A stretch of 64,000 nt of DNA from Microgenomates group bacterium (GCA_049303575.1 JBAQNH010000002.1:247932-311931), one strand, 5' to 3'. Shown: positions 19,684 through 30,777, numbered from the stretch's first letter. Translations and numbers: made by a program. The notes: generated by a model from the sequence alone, not told the origin.

Positions 19684-22600
19684 ATGAATAACATTGTCGA
19701 TTTCTCAGGTTTACAAATAAGGCTTGCCAGTCCAGATGACATCAAAAAATGGTCTCATGGTTTAGTTACTAAACCGGAAACCATTAATTATCGTACCCAA
19801 AAACCAGAAAAAGATGGTCTTTTCTGTGAAAGAATCTTTGGTCCGGTAAAAGACTGGGAATGTTACTGTGGTAAGTACAAACGTGTTCGTTTCAAGGGCA
19901 TTGTCTGTGACAAGTGTGGTGTTGAAGTTACCCTTAGTCGTGTTCGCCGTGAACGTATGGGTCACATCAACCTCGCCGCTCCTGTTGCTCACGTATGGTT
20001 CTTCAAAGGAGCTCCTTCAAAACTATCATTACTCTTGGACATTTCCCCCAAAGCTCTTACTTCTGTAATTTACTTTAGTAAATTCCTCATCATGTCTATT
20101 GATGAAGAAAAAAGAGAAACTGCTCTAAAAGACATCATCGCTCAAAAGGAAGCTAAGCTCGAAGAAGTCCACTCCAATTTTGATAAACAGATCGAGGAAA
20201 TCAAGAAAGAAGGTCAAAAAGAACTCGCCGAGGTTAAGAAAAAATCTAAAGCCAAAGACGAACGAGAGTTAAAATCGGAAGATCTAAAAGTTGAAGCCAA
20301 ACAAAAAATAGCCAGTCTCAGAGAGCAAATGGTTGTTGAGTTGGCCTTTACTGAAGAAATTTATAGCAAACTTGCCGTTATTATCGAAAGAATTCAGGTC
20401 AACTCACTTCTTTCCGACTCTGAATACGCCAAACTTGCCGAATACAATCTGGTAGATTGGATGACTGCCGGTATGGGTTCCGAAGCAATTTTGGAAGCTC
20501 TCAAGAAAGTTAATCTTGAGGAAATGGCCACTAAGCTCAAGGAAGAATCTCTATCAAACTCCGAAGCCAAACGTCTTCGTGCTACCAAACGTCTTCAAGT
20601 TGTCAGAGGATTACTAGACTCCAAAGTCAAACCTGAATGGATGGTTCTCGAAGTTCTCCCCGTGATACCTCCAGATCTTCGTCCTATGGTTCAGCTTTCT
20701 GGTGGTCGTTTTGCCGCCTCGGATCTCAATGATCTCTATCGCCGTGTAATAAACCGCAACAATCGTTTGAAACACCTTATTGATCTAGGTGCTCCCGAAA
20801 TCATCTTGAGAAACGAAAAACGCATGCTTCAGGAAGCCGTTGACTCCCTTATCGACTCCTCTCAAGCTCGTTCTACTCGAAGATCAAGAACCGGCAAAAC
20901 CCTTAAATCTCTTTCCGACATGCTTCGTGGAAAACAAGGTCGTTTCCGTCAAAATCTTCTCGGAAAACGTGTCGACTACTCAGGACGTAGTGTTATTATC
21001 GTTGGACCAGAGCTCAAACTTAACCAGTGTGGTCTTCCTAAAGACATGGCTCTTGAAATGTTTAAACCCTTCGTGCTTCACGAGATCATCAAACAGGACT
21101 TGGCTCCAAACGTTAAAGCCGCCAAGGCTTTGATCGAAAAACGCCAACCAGAAGTCTTCGATATCCTGGAAAGAATTACTAAAAAGCACCCGATTCTTCT
21201 AAACCGTGCTCCTACACTCCACAAGCTTTCTATTCTTGCTTTCTTACCGGTACTCGTCGACGGTTCCGCTATTCGTTTACACCCAGTTGTCTGTGAAGGT
21301 TTCAACGCTGACTTCGATGGTGACCAGATGGCCGTTCACGTACCTCTAACTAAGAAAGCCATCCGCGAAGCCAAGAAGTTCATGTTGCCTCAGTTCAACC
21401 TTCTCAAACCTTCCTCAGGACAAAGTGTCAACATTCCTTCTCGTAAAGAAATGGCCGTTGGTGTTTACTACCTTACCTCAGTTGACGAAACACTTACTCC
21501 TTACAAATATCCTTTTGGTAGTAAAGCCGAAGCAATCACCGCCTACCAGAACAAAGTTATTGAAGTTCGTCAGCCAATCGATGTCAGACTCGACCCTGAA
21601 AAAATGGAAATGACCAACACTACCGTTGGCCGTATCATCTTCAATGAGATTCTTCCCAAGGAATGGGAATTCCAAAACAAGAGTCTTACTGGAAAAGAAA
21701 TTTCTGCCTTCTTTACTCGCGCTATCAAGACCGTAGACACCAAACGTGTTGTCAAATTGATCGACGCTGTCAAGAGTATTGGTTTTGAGTACGCCACTAT
21801 CAGTAGTTTCTCTTTTGCTATCTCCGATAACGAAGTTTTCCCTCAAAAGGCCGAACTTATTGCCGCCGGAAACAAAAAAGCCGAAGAAATTGAAGAAAAC
21901 TACAAACTAGGGCTCATCACTAACAGTGAAAGAAGCAAACTCACTATCAATATGTGGCGTGAAACCGCCGCTGACCTTGCCGAAAAAACCTGGCAGACTT
22001 TCTCAAAAACTAACCCAATTCGTCTCGTTATTGATTCGGCTTCAGGACGTGTTACCAAAAACTCCATCGAACAGCTCTCTGCTATGCGTGGACTTATTGC
22101 AGATCCTCTAGGTAATCTCATTGAACTTCCTATCAAAGGTAACTTCCGTGAAGGTCTTTCTATCTTCGAGTACGTTACTTCCATCAGAGGTTCTAGAAAA
22201 GGTCTTACCGATACGGCTCTCCGTACTGCAGATGCAGGTTACTTGACTCGCCGCTTGGTAGATGTCAGTCATGACGCTATTATCCGTGCCGAAGAATGTG
22301 GTACTGAAGAGTTCATCACCATCATCGCCGAGGAAAGAGGCAAGATTTTTGGCAAGCGCATTGTTTATCGTTATGCCGTCAAAAAAGTAATCTCTCCTGT
22401 CACTAAAAAAGTTTTAGTCGACGCTGGTGAGCTAATTACCGAAGAAATTGCCGCCGCTATCGAAGCTGCAGGAGTCAAAGAGGTTGATGTTCGATCTCCC
22501 ATCACCTGTAAACTTCGTTTTGGTCTCTGTGCCAAGTGCTATGGTCACAACACAGCCACCAATACCCTCGCCATCATTGGTGATCCTGTTGGTGTTATTG

Positions 22601-23388
22601 CCGCTCAGTCCATTGGTGAACCTGGTACTCAGTTAACTATGCGTACCAAACACTCTGGAGGTGCTGCTGGTGTCGACGTTACCCAGGGTCTTCCTCGCGT
22701 TACCGAGCTTTTGGAAGTTCGTACTCCTAAACTTGTTGCTCCTATTTCCGAAGTATCCGGAAAAGTCAAAGTTGTTGAAACCGAAAACGGCAATCTTATT
22801 ACCGTCACTCCTGGTGGTAAAAAAGATGATCGTAAAGAATATCTCGTTCCTCTGGCTATGTCTCTCAAGGTGGCCGATGGTGACTTGATCTCTGTTGGTA
22901 CTCAACTGGCTTCTGGTGGTGTAGACATTAAGCAGCTCTTAAAGATCAAAGGTCTCAGAGCTACCCAAAACTACCTCATTGGCGAAATTCAGTCCATTTA
23001 CGAGTCACAGGGTATCAGTATTCACGACAAGCACTTTGAGGTTATCCTTCGCAAGATGTGTGACTATGTTCGCATTGACGCCGTTGGTGACACCGCACTT
23101 GTTGCTGGAGATGTTATTAGTCGTGGATCCTACGAAATGGCCAATGAAGCAATCATTGCTCAAGGTGGAGAACCAGCTACCGCTACGAACTTAATTCTAG
23201 GTGCCATTAGAGCCGCTCTTCACACCGATTCCTGGCTCTCTGCCGCTTCTTTCCAAGACACCACTTCCGTATTAACCGACGCTGCTGTTCAAGGCAAGAT
23301 TGATCACCTTATTGGTATGAAGGAAAACGTTATCATTGGTCGCTTGGTTCCTACGAGCAAGTTGAGAGCAAGAATCGAGAATATCTGA
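19684..23388 (+). CDS. rpoC: DNA-directed RNA polymerase beta-prime subunit
   Basis: 1234 aa; zinc finger CYCGKYKRVRFKGIVCDKCG, NADFDGD catalytic motif. Confidence 0.97.
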   Translation: MNNIVDFSGLQIRLASPDDIKKWSHGLVTKPETINYRTQKPEKDGLFCERIFGPVKDWECYCGKYKRVRFKGIVCDKCGVEVTLSRVRRERMGHINLAAPVAHVWFFKGAPSKLSLLLDISPKALTSVIYFSKFLIMSIDEEKRETALKDIIAQKEAKLEEVHSNFDKQIEEIKKEGQKELAEVKKKSKAKDERELKSEDLKVEAKQKIASLREQMVVELAFTEEIYSKLAVIIERIQVNSLLSDSEYAKLAEYNLVDWMTAGMGSEAILEALKKVNLEEMATKLKEESLSNSEAKRLRATKRLQVVRGLLDSKVKPEWMVLEVLPVIPPDLRPMVQLSGGRFAASDLNDLYRRVINRNNRLKHLIDLGAPEIILRNEKRMLQEAVDSLIDSSQARSTRRSRTGKTLKSLSDMLRGKQGRFRQNLLGKRVDYSGRSVIIVGPELKLNQCGLPKDMALEMFKPFVLHEIIKQDLAPNVKAAKALIEKRQPEVFDILERITKKHPILLNRAPTLHKLSILAFLPVLVDGSAIRLHPVVCEGFNADFDGDQMAVHVPLTKKAIREAKKFMLPQFNLLKPSSGQSVNIPSRKEMAVGVYYLTSVDETLTPYKYPFGSKAEAITAYQNKVIEVRQPIDVRLDPEKMEMTNTTVGRIIFNEILPKEWEFQNKSLTGKEISAFFTRAIKTVDTKRVVKLIDAVKSIGFEYATISSFSFAISDNEVFPQKAELIAAGNKKAEEIEENYKLGLITNSERSKLTINMWRETAADLAEKTWQTFSKTNPIRLVIDSASGRVTKNSIEQLSAMRGLIADPLGNLIELPIKGNFREGLSIFEYVTSIRGSRKGLTDTALRTADAGYLTRRLVDVSHDAIIRAEECGTEEFITIIAEERGKIFGKRIVYRYAVKKVISPVTKKVLVDAGELITEEIAAAIEAAGVKEVDVRSPITCKLRFGLCAKCYGHNTATNTLAIIGDPVGVIAAQSIGEPGTQLTMRTKHSGGAAGVDVTQGLPRVTELLEVRTPKLVAPISEVSGKVKVVETENGNLITVTPGGKKDDRKEYLVPLAMSLKVADGDLISVGTQLASGGVDIKQLLKIKGLRATQNYLIGEIQSIYESQGISIHDKHFEVILRKMCDYVRIDAVGDTALVAGDVISRGSYEMANEAIIAQGGEPATATNLILGAIRAALHTDSWLSAASFQDTTSVLTDAAVQGKIDHLIGMKENVIIGRLVPTSKLRARIENI

Positions 23389-23407
23389 TAAAATACACAT
23401 CTGAAAT

Positions 23408-23824
23408 ATGCCTACAACTAACCAATTAATCAAACACGGCCGCATCACAACTGCGCGCAAAGTGAAAACAACCGCTCTCCGTAAGAGCTTCAACTCTATC
23501 AAACGACGTATGGTCGAGACTCAGTCTCCTCAAAAAGCCGGTGTTTGTCTTCAGGTTAAAACCATGACCCCCAAGAAACCAAACTCTGCTTTGCGTAAGA
23601 TTGCTCGTGTTAGACTATCAAACAAACAAGAAGTCACCGCCTACATCATGGGTGAAGGCCACAACCTAGCCGAACACAGTATCGTTATGATTCGTGGCGG
23701 TCGTGTTCGTGACCTTCCAGGTGTCAAATATCACATCATTCGTGGCAAGCTCGATACCGGTGGTATTGAAAAACGCCGCACCAGTCGTAGTAAATACGGT
23801 ACCAAACGTCCTAGTGCTAAATAA
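23408..23824 (+). CDS. rpsL: 30S ribosomal protein S12
   Basis: [12 protein letters not shown]... [10 protein letters not shown]. Confidence 0.97.
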   Translation: MPTTNQLIKHGRITTARKVKTTALRKSFNSIKRRMVETQSPQKAGVCLQVKTMTPKKPNSALRKIARVRLSNKQEVTAYIMGEGHNLAEHSIVMIRGGRVRDLPGVKYHIIRGKLDTGGIEKRRTSRSKYGTKRPSAK

Positions 23825-23829
23825 TATAT

Positions 23830-24306
23830 ATGAGATCCAAGAAAACACACGCTAAAAAAATTCAACTTGATCCAATCTATGGAAGCGAGTTGGTTTCTAA
23901 GATTATCAATGGTTGTATGCTCGAAGGTAAAAAATCCGTCGCTGCCAAGCAAATTTATACCGCAATCGATATCATCGGACAGCAAACCGGCAAAAACGGT
24001 CTCGAGTATCTTACCGAAGCAATGGAAAATGTTAAGCCTACTATAGAAGTTCGCTCTCGTCGTGTTGGAGGTGCCTCTTATCAGGTTCCTACCCCCATTC
24101 GCCCCGAACGTCGTGACTCCCTCGCTATTCGTTGGGTATTAAACGCTGCCAAGGCTAGATCAAACAACCCCACGAGAACCTTAGCCGACAAACTCGCCGC
24201 TGAAATTATGGAAGCTCACGAAAACACCGGTTCCGCAATAAAGAAAAAGCTCGACACCCATAAAATGGCTGAGGCTAACAAAGCCTTCGCTCACTTTAGA
24301 TGGTAA
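23830..24306 (+). CDS. rpsG: 30S ribosomal protein S7
   Basis: 158 aa S7 family. Confidence 0.95.
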   Translation: MRSKKTHAKKIQLDPIYGSELVSKIINGCMLEGKKSVAAKQIYTAIDIIGQQTGKNGLEYLTEAMENVKPTIEVRSRRVGGASYQVPTPIRPERRDSLAIRWVLNAAKARSNNPTRTLADKLAAEIMEAHENTGSAIKKKLDTHKMAEANKAFAHFRW

Positions 24307-24330
24307 TAATAAGATTAATAATCTAAAACA

Positions 24331-24357
24331 AAAAAAGCCTCCTCTGGGAGGTTTTTT
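24331..24357 (+). terminator. rho-independent terminator after rpsG
   Basis: A6-GCCTCC-TCT-GGAGGT-T6 hairpin. Confidence 0.6.
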
Positions 24358-24365
24358 GTTGTTTA

Positions 24366-24374
24366 TGGTAGAAT
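24366..24374 (+). promoter_or_regulatory. extended -10 promoter element (TGgTAGAAT) for the small ORF
   Basis: TGnTAGAAT followed by RBS AGGAGG at 24398-24403 and ATG at 24409. Confidence 0.4.
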
Positions 24375-24408
24375 ATTCCAAAATCTTGTACGTTAATAGG
24401 AGGAAAAC

Positions 24409-24669
24409 ATGTGGTGTCCATTTATTGCTGCTGCACTCATCAGCAACGAAGGTAAGAACTCTGTAGAAAGGATTCAAGATACTGCATTTCTCGATTGTCA
24501 GGAAACTAAGTGTCAAATGTGGAATTCACAAACCAAAGACTGTGGTTTAAAACAATCGTCCAACCGAACTCTTGTCGAGATCAAAGACCTTCTTGCTAGT
24601 ATCTCAAGCACCCTTAGTAACATCGGTGATGATGTCACTCGCCAGACAGAAGAATTAAATCATTATTAG
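24409..24669 (+). CDS. hypothetical small Cys-containing protein (86 aa) inserted in the str operon
   Basis: own promoter, RBS and terminator; 4 Cys; no recognisable domain. Confidence 0.45.
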   Translation: MWCPFIAAALISNEGKNSVERIQDTAFLDCQETKCQMWNSQTKDCGLKQSSNRTLVEIKDLLASISSTLSNIGDDVTRQTEELNHY

Positions 24670-24716
24670 AAGGGGAAGGTCCAGTCCACTTCAACCGAAG
24701 ATTGAGTAGTTACGCC

Positions 24717-24744
24717 TAGCGCCCTCACGGGCGCTATTTTATTT
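24717..24744 (+). terminator. rho-independent terminator
   Basis: perfect 8-bp stem TAGCGCCC/GGGCGCTA, loop TCAC, then T-rich tract. Confidence 0.65.
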
Positions 24745-24753
24745 CTTCCTTCT

Positions 24754-26847
24754 GTGTTAATCTACCTCAGCAAAATATTTCTTAAGATGGCCTTAAAAAC
24801 AATCGAAAATATACAATATAACCGTTCGTCTGAGTATGCTCTGGAAAATCTGGATCAACTTCCTGTGGCCAAATTAAGAGAGTACTTAAGAGAAGAAATT
24901 AGACTTCATCCCAATTTTGTTCTCATCGGTGAGACAGGTTCCGGCAAAACCACTTGTCTTCCTCCTTTATTACTCGAGTTAAGAGATGAACTCGGTCTCA
25001 AAGGCAGTATTGCCGTAACCCAGCCCAGAAGAATTGCCACCAAGAGTGTTACTGACCGTGTTGCCGAAATGATGGACTATCCGGTAGGAGACAAGGTTGG
25101 TTACCATATTCGTTTTGAAGATATTACTTCCAAAGACACCGACATCACTTTCATGACCGATGGTGTTCTTCTGCGAAAAATTCAATTTGATCCTCTTCTT
25201 TCTGAGTACTCCATTGTCATGATCGATGAAGCCCATGAGCGTAGTTTAAACATCGACCTCTGTCTTGGTCTTCTAAAAGATGTTAATCAAAGACGTTTTG
25301 AAGCCGGTTTGGACTCTGTCCGCGTTGTTGTCACTTCAGCCACTATCGAAAGAAACCGTTTTGCCGAATACATTGGTTATAAAGACAAAGATAATCTGGT
25401 CGAAATTCCCGGAAAAATGTTTCCAGTAGAGGTTTATTACGAAGATGAAATTCCTTTTAACTACGACTTTACCCAAGGTGCCGCTGAAAAAGTAAAAGCC
25501 ATTGTTGATAGCAATCTTAAAGGCGATATTCTCATTTTTATGCCCGGAAAAAGAGAAATCACCGATACTATTCAAAAAATCGAAGCCAAAATTGGTAATA
25601 ACGGGGTTGAGATTTTTCCACTTCATGCCGAAATGTCTCCCGAAGATCAAGACAAAATATTCACCCCTACCGACAAAAGAAAAATTATTGTCGCCACCAA
25701 CATTGCCGAGACCTCGGTCACAATAGATGGCATTATTCACATTATTGACTCCGGTTATATCAAACAAACCCGTTTTGACCCAAAAACCGGTATTGAACAA
25801 CTGGTTCTCACCGAACACGCCATAAGTGGTCTTGATCAACGCAAGGGTCGTGCCGGTCGCACTGCTCCGGGGTATTGTTATCGATTGTTTACCGAAAGTA
25901 GTCTCAAAAGACGACCTCTTTATCAAACTCCGGAAATTCAGCGTTCTAATTTGTCCCAGATCGTTCTTGCGATGAAGAAAGTCGGTATTGAAAGTATTGA
26001 GAACTTTGATTTTATGGATCACCCAGGTCGCGAAGCAATTACCCAGGCCCTAAACACCCTGTTTACACTAGGTGCCATAGACGGCCACGGCAATATTACC
26101 GAAATCGGTGATTGGTTGGTTGAGCTTGGACTGGAACCACGTTTGGGACGGATGCTCCTCGAGGCCATAAGGCCGGAAATCGACTGTGTCAATGAAATTA
26201 CAATCATTGCCTCTTTCCTCGACGGCAAAAATATCTTCATCAGACCACCGGAAAAAGAGCTGGAACTGGCTGCCGAAAGAGCCCATGCCCAATTTACCCA
26301 TCAAGATGACTCCGATTTCTCCGTCCTTCTTAATATCTGGAAGGCTTACGCGGCTAGTGGTTATAGCGCTGACTGGGCAAAGAAAAATTTTCTAAACGAA
26401 AAAGCTTTGGAAGAAGCCAAAAATGTTCGTTTGGATCTTATCGATGTTCTAGCAACTCATAAAATCATCATTAATCCAAATGCCTCCCCAAAAATAAATA
26501 GAACCGCCATTGGTAAAGCCGTTACCGCCGGTCTTATTGGTAATCTTTTGCAAAAAGTCGATAAATTTACTTTCAAAAAAGTCGATGGCACCAAAGGAAG
26601 TATTTTTATTCATCCCAGTTCTGTTTTGACCTACAACACTTTAAGAAAGGGCTCCTTTATTATTGCCAGTGAAATTTTTATCAACCCCCTTGGTAAAGCC
26701 TTTGCTTGCAACTGTCTGGAAGCAAGACATGAATGGCTCAAAGACTATGCTCCTGAACTTTTGCACCGTCCAGGCAGGCATCATCTAAATCACGAAAATA
26801 AAACCGGTCGATCCAAACACTACTCCCGTCATAATTCGCATCGCTAA
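24754..26847 (+). CDS. DEAH-box ATP-dependent helicase, HrpA/HrpB-like
   Basis: GETGSGKTT Walker A, DEAH box (IDEAHERS), HA2 and OB-like C-terminal region; the start may be the ATG at 24787. Confidence 0.8.
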   Translation: MLIYLSKIFLKMALKTIENIQYNRSSEYALENLDQLPVAKLREYLREEIRLHPNFVLIGETGSGKTTCLPPLLLELRDELGLKGSIAVTQPRRIATKSVTDRVAEMMDYPVGDKVGYHIRFEDITSKDTDITFMTDGVLLRKIQFDPLLSEYSIVMIDEAHERSLNIDLCLGLLKDVNQRRFEAGLDSVRVVVTSATIERNRFAEYIGYKDKDNLVEIPGKMFPVEVYYEDEIPFNYDFTQGAAEKVKAIVDSNLKGDILIFMPGKREITDTIQKIEAKIGNNGVEIFPLHAEMSPEDQDKIFTPTDKRKIIVATNIAETSVTIDGIIHIIDSGYIKQTRFDPKTGIEQLVLTEHAISGLDQRKGRAGRTAPGYCYRLFTESSLKRRPLYQTPEIQRSNLSQIVLAMKKVGIESIENFDFMDHPGREAITQALNTLFTLGAIDGHGNITEIGDWLVELGLEPRLGRMLLEAIRPEIDCVNEITIIASFLDGKNIFIRPPEKELELAAERAHAQFTHQDDSDFSVLLNIWKAYAASGYSADWAKKNFLNEKALEEAKNVRLDLIDVLATHKIIINPNASPKINRTAIGKAVTAGLIGNLLQKVDKFTFKKVDGTKGSIFIHPSSVLTYNTLRKGSFIIASEIFINPLGKAFACNCLEARHEWLKDYAPELLHRPGRHHLNHENKTGRSKHYSRHNSHR

Positions 26848-26967
26848 GCATCATCCTTTTACCCATAACAATCGGATTTATGGTAAAATTAAGCTCGTGA
26901 AATTATGTCCCGAAAAGGATAGGTTTCTTTCGTCTAAATAAATAATTAAACAAAAACAACAAAAAGT

Positions 26968-29091
26968 ATGGCCGCAGCCGTCTCAAAACAAGTTCCTTTA
27001 GAAAATGTTAGAAACATTGGTGTCATTGCTCACATTGACGCCGGTAAAACCACCACCACGGAGCGTATCCTTTTTTACACTGGTAAAACCTACAAGATCG
27101 GTGATATTGACGAAGGAGATACTCAAATGGACTGGATGGACCAAGAGCGCGAACGTGGTATTACCATTGTTTCCGCTGCTACTACCACTTTCTGGACTCC
27201 AGTTTTAAAAGATGCCAATATCAAAGACGACTGTCGTTTTAATATTATCGACACTCCCGGACACGTTGACTTCACCGCCGAAGTTGAGCGCTCTCTCCGC
27301 GTTCTCGATGGAGGTATTATCGTTCTTGATGCTGGTAGCGGTGTTCAATCTCAAACCGAAACCGTCTGGCGCCAAGCCGACAAATACAAAGTTCCTCGTA
27401 TTGCCCTGGTTAACAAAATGGACGTTTTGGGAGCCGATTTTATGGCTACCATTAAAGACGTTCATGAAAAACTCGGTGCCAAAACGGCCATTCTCGCTCT
27501 TCCAATAGGAGTTGAAAATACTTTCAAGGGAATTGCTATGCTTCTCGAGAAAAAAACCATTATCTGGCAGGGCGACGAAACTGGCGCCAAATATGATGTT
27601 ACCGAAGGTTTTTCCGCCGATATGGAAGCAGAATGTGAGAGTGAGAGAGCCAAACTTGTTGAGTCTATCGTTGAAACGGATGAAGCTTTAATGGAAAAAT
27701 ATTTGAATGGTGAAGAACCTTCCATGAAGGATCTTAAAACCGCTCTCCGTAGAGCTACAATTGCCAACGAAATTGTTCCTGTCTTTCCTGGATCATCTTT
27801 AAGAAATAAAGGCGTTCAGCCACTTCTTGATGCCGTTGTTGATTTTCTTCCCTCTCCTCTCGACATTACCGACACTGCCGGAACCAACCCTAAAACTGGT
27901 GAGGTAGAAACCAGAAAACCCAGTCCAGACGAAGCCTTCGTTGGTCTGGCTTTCAAAATTCAAGCCGACCCCCACGTTGGAAAAGTTACTTACGTCCGTC
28001 TCTACTCCGGAAAAATTACTGCTGGTTCCTATGTCTACAACGCCAGTAAATCCGAACGTGAACGCCTCGGTCGTTTAATGCTCATGCACGCCAACACTCG
28101 TGAGGAAATCCAAGAGGCCAGAGCTGGTGAAATTGTCGGTATTGTTGGTCTTAAGGCCACCAAAACAGGGGACACTCTCTGTGAAGAAACCCGACCCATT
28201 GTTCTCGAATCCATTGACTTCCCGGATCCTGTTATCTCACTTGCGATAGAACCAAAAACTAAAGCTGATCAAGAAAAACTCGACATTGCCCTTGGTCGTC
28301 TAGCTGAAGAAGACCCTACTTTTAAGATCAAAACTAATCATGAAACGGGTCAAACCGTCATTGCTGGTATGGGTGAACTTCACTTGGAAATTCTTGTTGA
28401 TCGTCTTCGTCGTGAATTCAAAGTCGATGCTACAACCGGCGCTCCTCAAGTGGCCTATCGAGAAACAATTACCAAAGAAGCTCGTGGTGAAGGTAAATAT
28501 ATTCGTCAGTCAGGTGGCCGTGGTCAGTATGGACACGCTATTTTAGTTGTTACTCCTAAACCTCGTGGTGAAGGATTTACTTTTACCAATAAAATTGTTG
28601 GTGGAACCATTCCTCGCGAGTTCATTAACCCTATTGAAAAAGGTGTTCGTGAAGCTTTAGACAACGGTCTTATCGCTGGTTTCCCTATGGTAGACCTTGA
28701 TGTTGCCGTCGTTGATGGAAGTTTCCACGAAGTCGACTCTTCCGAAATGTCCTTCAAAATTGCCGGAAGTATGGCTCTTCAGGACGCCGTCAAACAAGCT
28801 GGTGCCGTTATTCTCGAACCAATTATGAAAGTCGAAGTTACTACCCCGGAAGCCAACATGGGTGACATTATCGGCGATCTCTCGGCCAGACGTGCCCAAA
28901 TTGGTGGTACTGCTCAGCGTGGCAATGCTCGTGTTATTACCGCTACCGTTCCTCTTTCCGAGCTCTCTGCTTATGCTACGGCCATTCGTTCCCTTACCGC
29001 CGGACGCGCTAGCTACTACATGGAACCAAGTCATTATCAGGACCTTCCAAACAGCATTGCAGCCAAGCTGTTGAAAAATCCCGCACAATAA
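26968..29091 (+). CDS. fusA: elongation factor G
   Basis: AHIDAGKTTTTER, DTPGHVDF; 707 aa. Confidence 0.97.
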   Translation: MAAAVSKQVPLENVRNIGVIAHIDAGKTTTTERILFYTGKTYKIGDIDEGDTQMDWMDQERERGITIVSAATTTFWTPVLKDANIKDDCRFNIIDTPGHVDFTAEVERSLRVLDGGIIVLDAGSGVQSQTETVWRQADKYKVPRIALVNKMDVLGADFMATIKDVHEKLGAKTAILALPIGVENTFKGIAMLLEKKTIIWQGDETGAKYDVTEGFSADMEAECESERAKLVESIVETDEALMEKYLNGEEPSMKDLKTALRRATIANEIVPVFPGSSLRNKGVQPLLDAVVDFLPSPLDITDTAGTNPKTGEVETRKPSPDEAFVGLAFKIQADPHVGKVTYVRLYSGKITAGSYVYNASKSERERLGRLMLMHANTREEIQEARAGEIVGIVGLKATKTGDTLCEETRPIVLESIDFPDPVISLAIEPKTKADQEKLDIALGRLAEEDPTFKIKTNHETGQTVIAGMGELHLEILVDRLRREFKVDATTGAPQVAYRETITKEARGEGKYIRQSGGRGQYGHAILVVTPKPRGEGFTFTNKIVGGTIPREFINPIEKGVREALDNGLIAGFPMVDLDVAVVDGSFHEVDSSEMSFKIAGSMALQDAVKQAGAVILEPIMKVEVTTPEANMGDIIGDLSARRAQIGGTAQRGNARVITATVPLSELSAYATAIRSLTAGRASYYMEPSHYQDLPNSIAAKLLKNPAQ

Positions 29092-29158
29092 GGTAAAATC
29101 TGCTAAAATAAATAGGCTTAAAACGCAAATTATAAATAATTAAAAAAAATTAACAAAA

Positions 29159-30334
29159 ATGGCTACATACCAAAGAACCAAACCTCACGTAAATATCGGC
29201 ACCATCGGTCACGTTGACCACGGCAAGACCACTCTTACCGCTGCCATTACTACCACTCTAGCTGCTCAGGGACTAGCGGAAGCTCTTCCTTTTGATCAGA
29301 TTGATAAATCTCCCGAAGAGAGAGAGCGTGGAGTTACCATTAACATTTCCCACGTCCCTTACGAAACAGCAACCCGTCACTACGCTCACATCGACTGTCC
29401 TGGTCACCGCGACTATATCAAAAACATGATCACTGGTGCCGCTCAGATGGATGGCGCTATTTTAGTTGTCGCTGCTACCGACGGTCCTATGCCTCAAACC
29501 AAAGAGCACTTGCTTTTGGCCCACCAAGTAAACGTTCCTCGTTTAGTCGTTGCTTTAAACAAAATTGATGCCGTTTCCGATCCTGAGCTCCTTGAGCTCG
29601 TCGAGATGGAAATAAAAGAACTCTTGGTTAAATATCACTTCGAAGAGGACACCCCAATCGTTCGTGTTTCTGCTCTTAAAGCTCTCGAAGGCGATAAAGA
29701 AGCCCAAGCCGGTATCATGAAACTCATGGACACCGTCGACACTTGGATTCCTACTCCTGTCCGCGAGCTCGACAAACCTTTCCTTATGCCTGTTGAAGAC
29801 GTTTTCTCAATCAAAGGTCGTGGAACAGTTGTTACCGGACGTATCAGTACTGGTATCGTCAAAATCGGTGATGAAATCGAAATCGTTGGTATCAAAGACA
29901 CCACCAAATCTGTTGTTACTGGAGTCGAAATGTTCCACCAACAGCTTGAACAGGGTCAATCAGGTGACAACGTCGGTCTTCTTCTAAGAGGTATCGAAAA
30001 AGAAGATGTCCAAAGAGGTCAAGTTTTGGCCAAACCTGGTTCCATCACTCCTCACACCAAGTTCGAAGCCGAGGCTTATATCCTAGGCAAAGATGAGGGT
30101 GGTCGCCACACTCCTATGTTCACTGGTTACAAACCCCAGTTCTTTATCCGCACCACCGATGTTACCGGAGAGGTTAAACTTCCTGAAGGTGTCGAGATGA
30201 TCATGCCTGGTGACAACGCCAAAATGAACGTCGAACTTATTCAACCAATTGCCATGTCTGAAGGCCAAAACTTCGCTATCCGCGAAGGAGGTCTTACCGT
30301 TGGCGCTGGAGTTATCACTAAGGTTATCGCTTAA
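29159..30334 (+). CDS. tuf: elongation factor Tu
   Basis: [21 protein letters not shown]; 391 aa. Confidence 0.97.
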   Translation: MATYQRTKPHVNIGTIGHVDHGKTTLTAAITTTLAAQGLAEALPFDQIDKSPEERERGVTINISHVPYETATRHYAHIDCPGHRDYIKNMITGAAQMDGAILVVAATDGPMPQTKEHLLLAHQVNVPRLVVALNKIDAVSDPELLELVEMEIKELLVKYHFEEDTPIVRVSALKALEGDKEAQAGIMKLMDTVDTWIPTPVRELDKPFLMPVEDVFSIKGRGTVVTGRISTGIVKIGDEIEIVGIKDTTKSVVTGVEMFHQQLEQGQSGDNVGLLLRGIEKEDVQRGQVLAKPGSITPHTKFEAEAYILGKDEGGRHTPMFTGYKPQFFIRTTDVTGEVKLPEGVEMIMPGDNAKMNVELIQPIAMSEGQNFAIREGGLTVGAGVITKVIA

Positions 30335-30369
30335 ACTACGATAATCATCAAATTGCACATTTATTCTTC

Positions 30370-30687
30370 TTGAAAATGACAGACCAACCACGTATCCGCG
30401 TCAAACTAAAATCCTTCGATCATCGTGTTATCGATGAGGCTGCTAAGAAAATCATTCAAGCAGCTTTAGTTTCCGGAGCTCAGGTGGTTGGTCCCGTCCC
30501 TCTGCCCACCAAGAAGAAGGTTATTGTCGTTACCTCTTCACCTCATACCGATAAAGATGCTCGCGAACAGTTCGCCATCCTTACTCACAAGAGACTCATC
30601 GACATCGTAAATCCTACCAACAAGACTATTGATTCACTTCAGCACCTTGACCTTCCTGCCGGTGTTGGAATTGAAATCAAGATGTAA
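30370..30687 (+). CDS. rpsJ: 30S ribosomal protein S10
   Basis: [14 protein letters not shown]. Confidence 0.95.
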   Translation: MKMTDQPRIRVKLKSFDHRVIDEAAKKIIQAALVSGAQVVGPVPLPTKKKVIVVTSSPHTDKDAREQFAILTHKRLIDIVNPTNKTIDSLQHLDLPAGVGIEIKM

Positions 30688-30740
30688 CCTAAATGTCGCT
30701 ATCTTTAAATAACTAAAACTCCCTTTTCCGTTTTTCGGTT

Positions 30741-30766
30741 TCCCCGAAAATCGGGGGCGTTTTATA
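30741..30766 (+). promoter_or_regulatory. hairpin plus U-tract between rpsJ and rplC (possible attenuator or partial terminator)
   Basis: CCCCGA/TCGGGG stem followed by GCGTTTTAT within a 90-nt intergenic gap inside the S10 operon. Confidence 0.35.
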
Positions 30767-30777
30767 TTAATAAAAAA

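Noticed and set aside
16312-23502. Many 60-120 aa ORFs on both strands inside rpoB and rpoC (e.g. 17979-18329, 21478-21846, 22633-22905)
   Set aside because: They are embedded in highly conserved large genes, lack start signals, and have low-complexity translations typical of alternative-frame noise.
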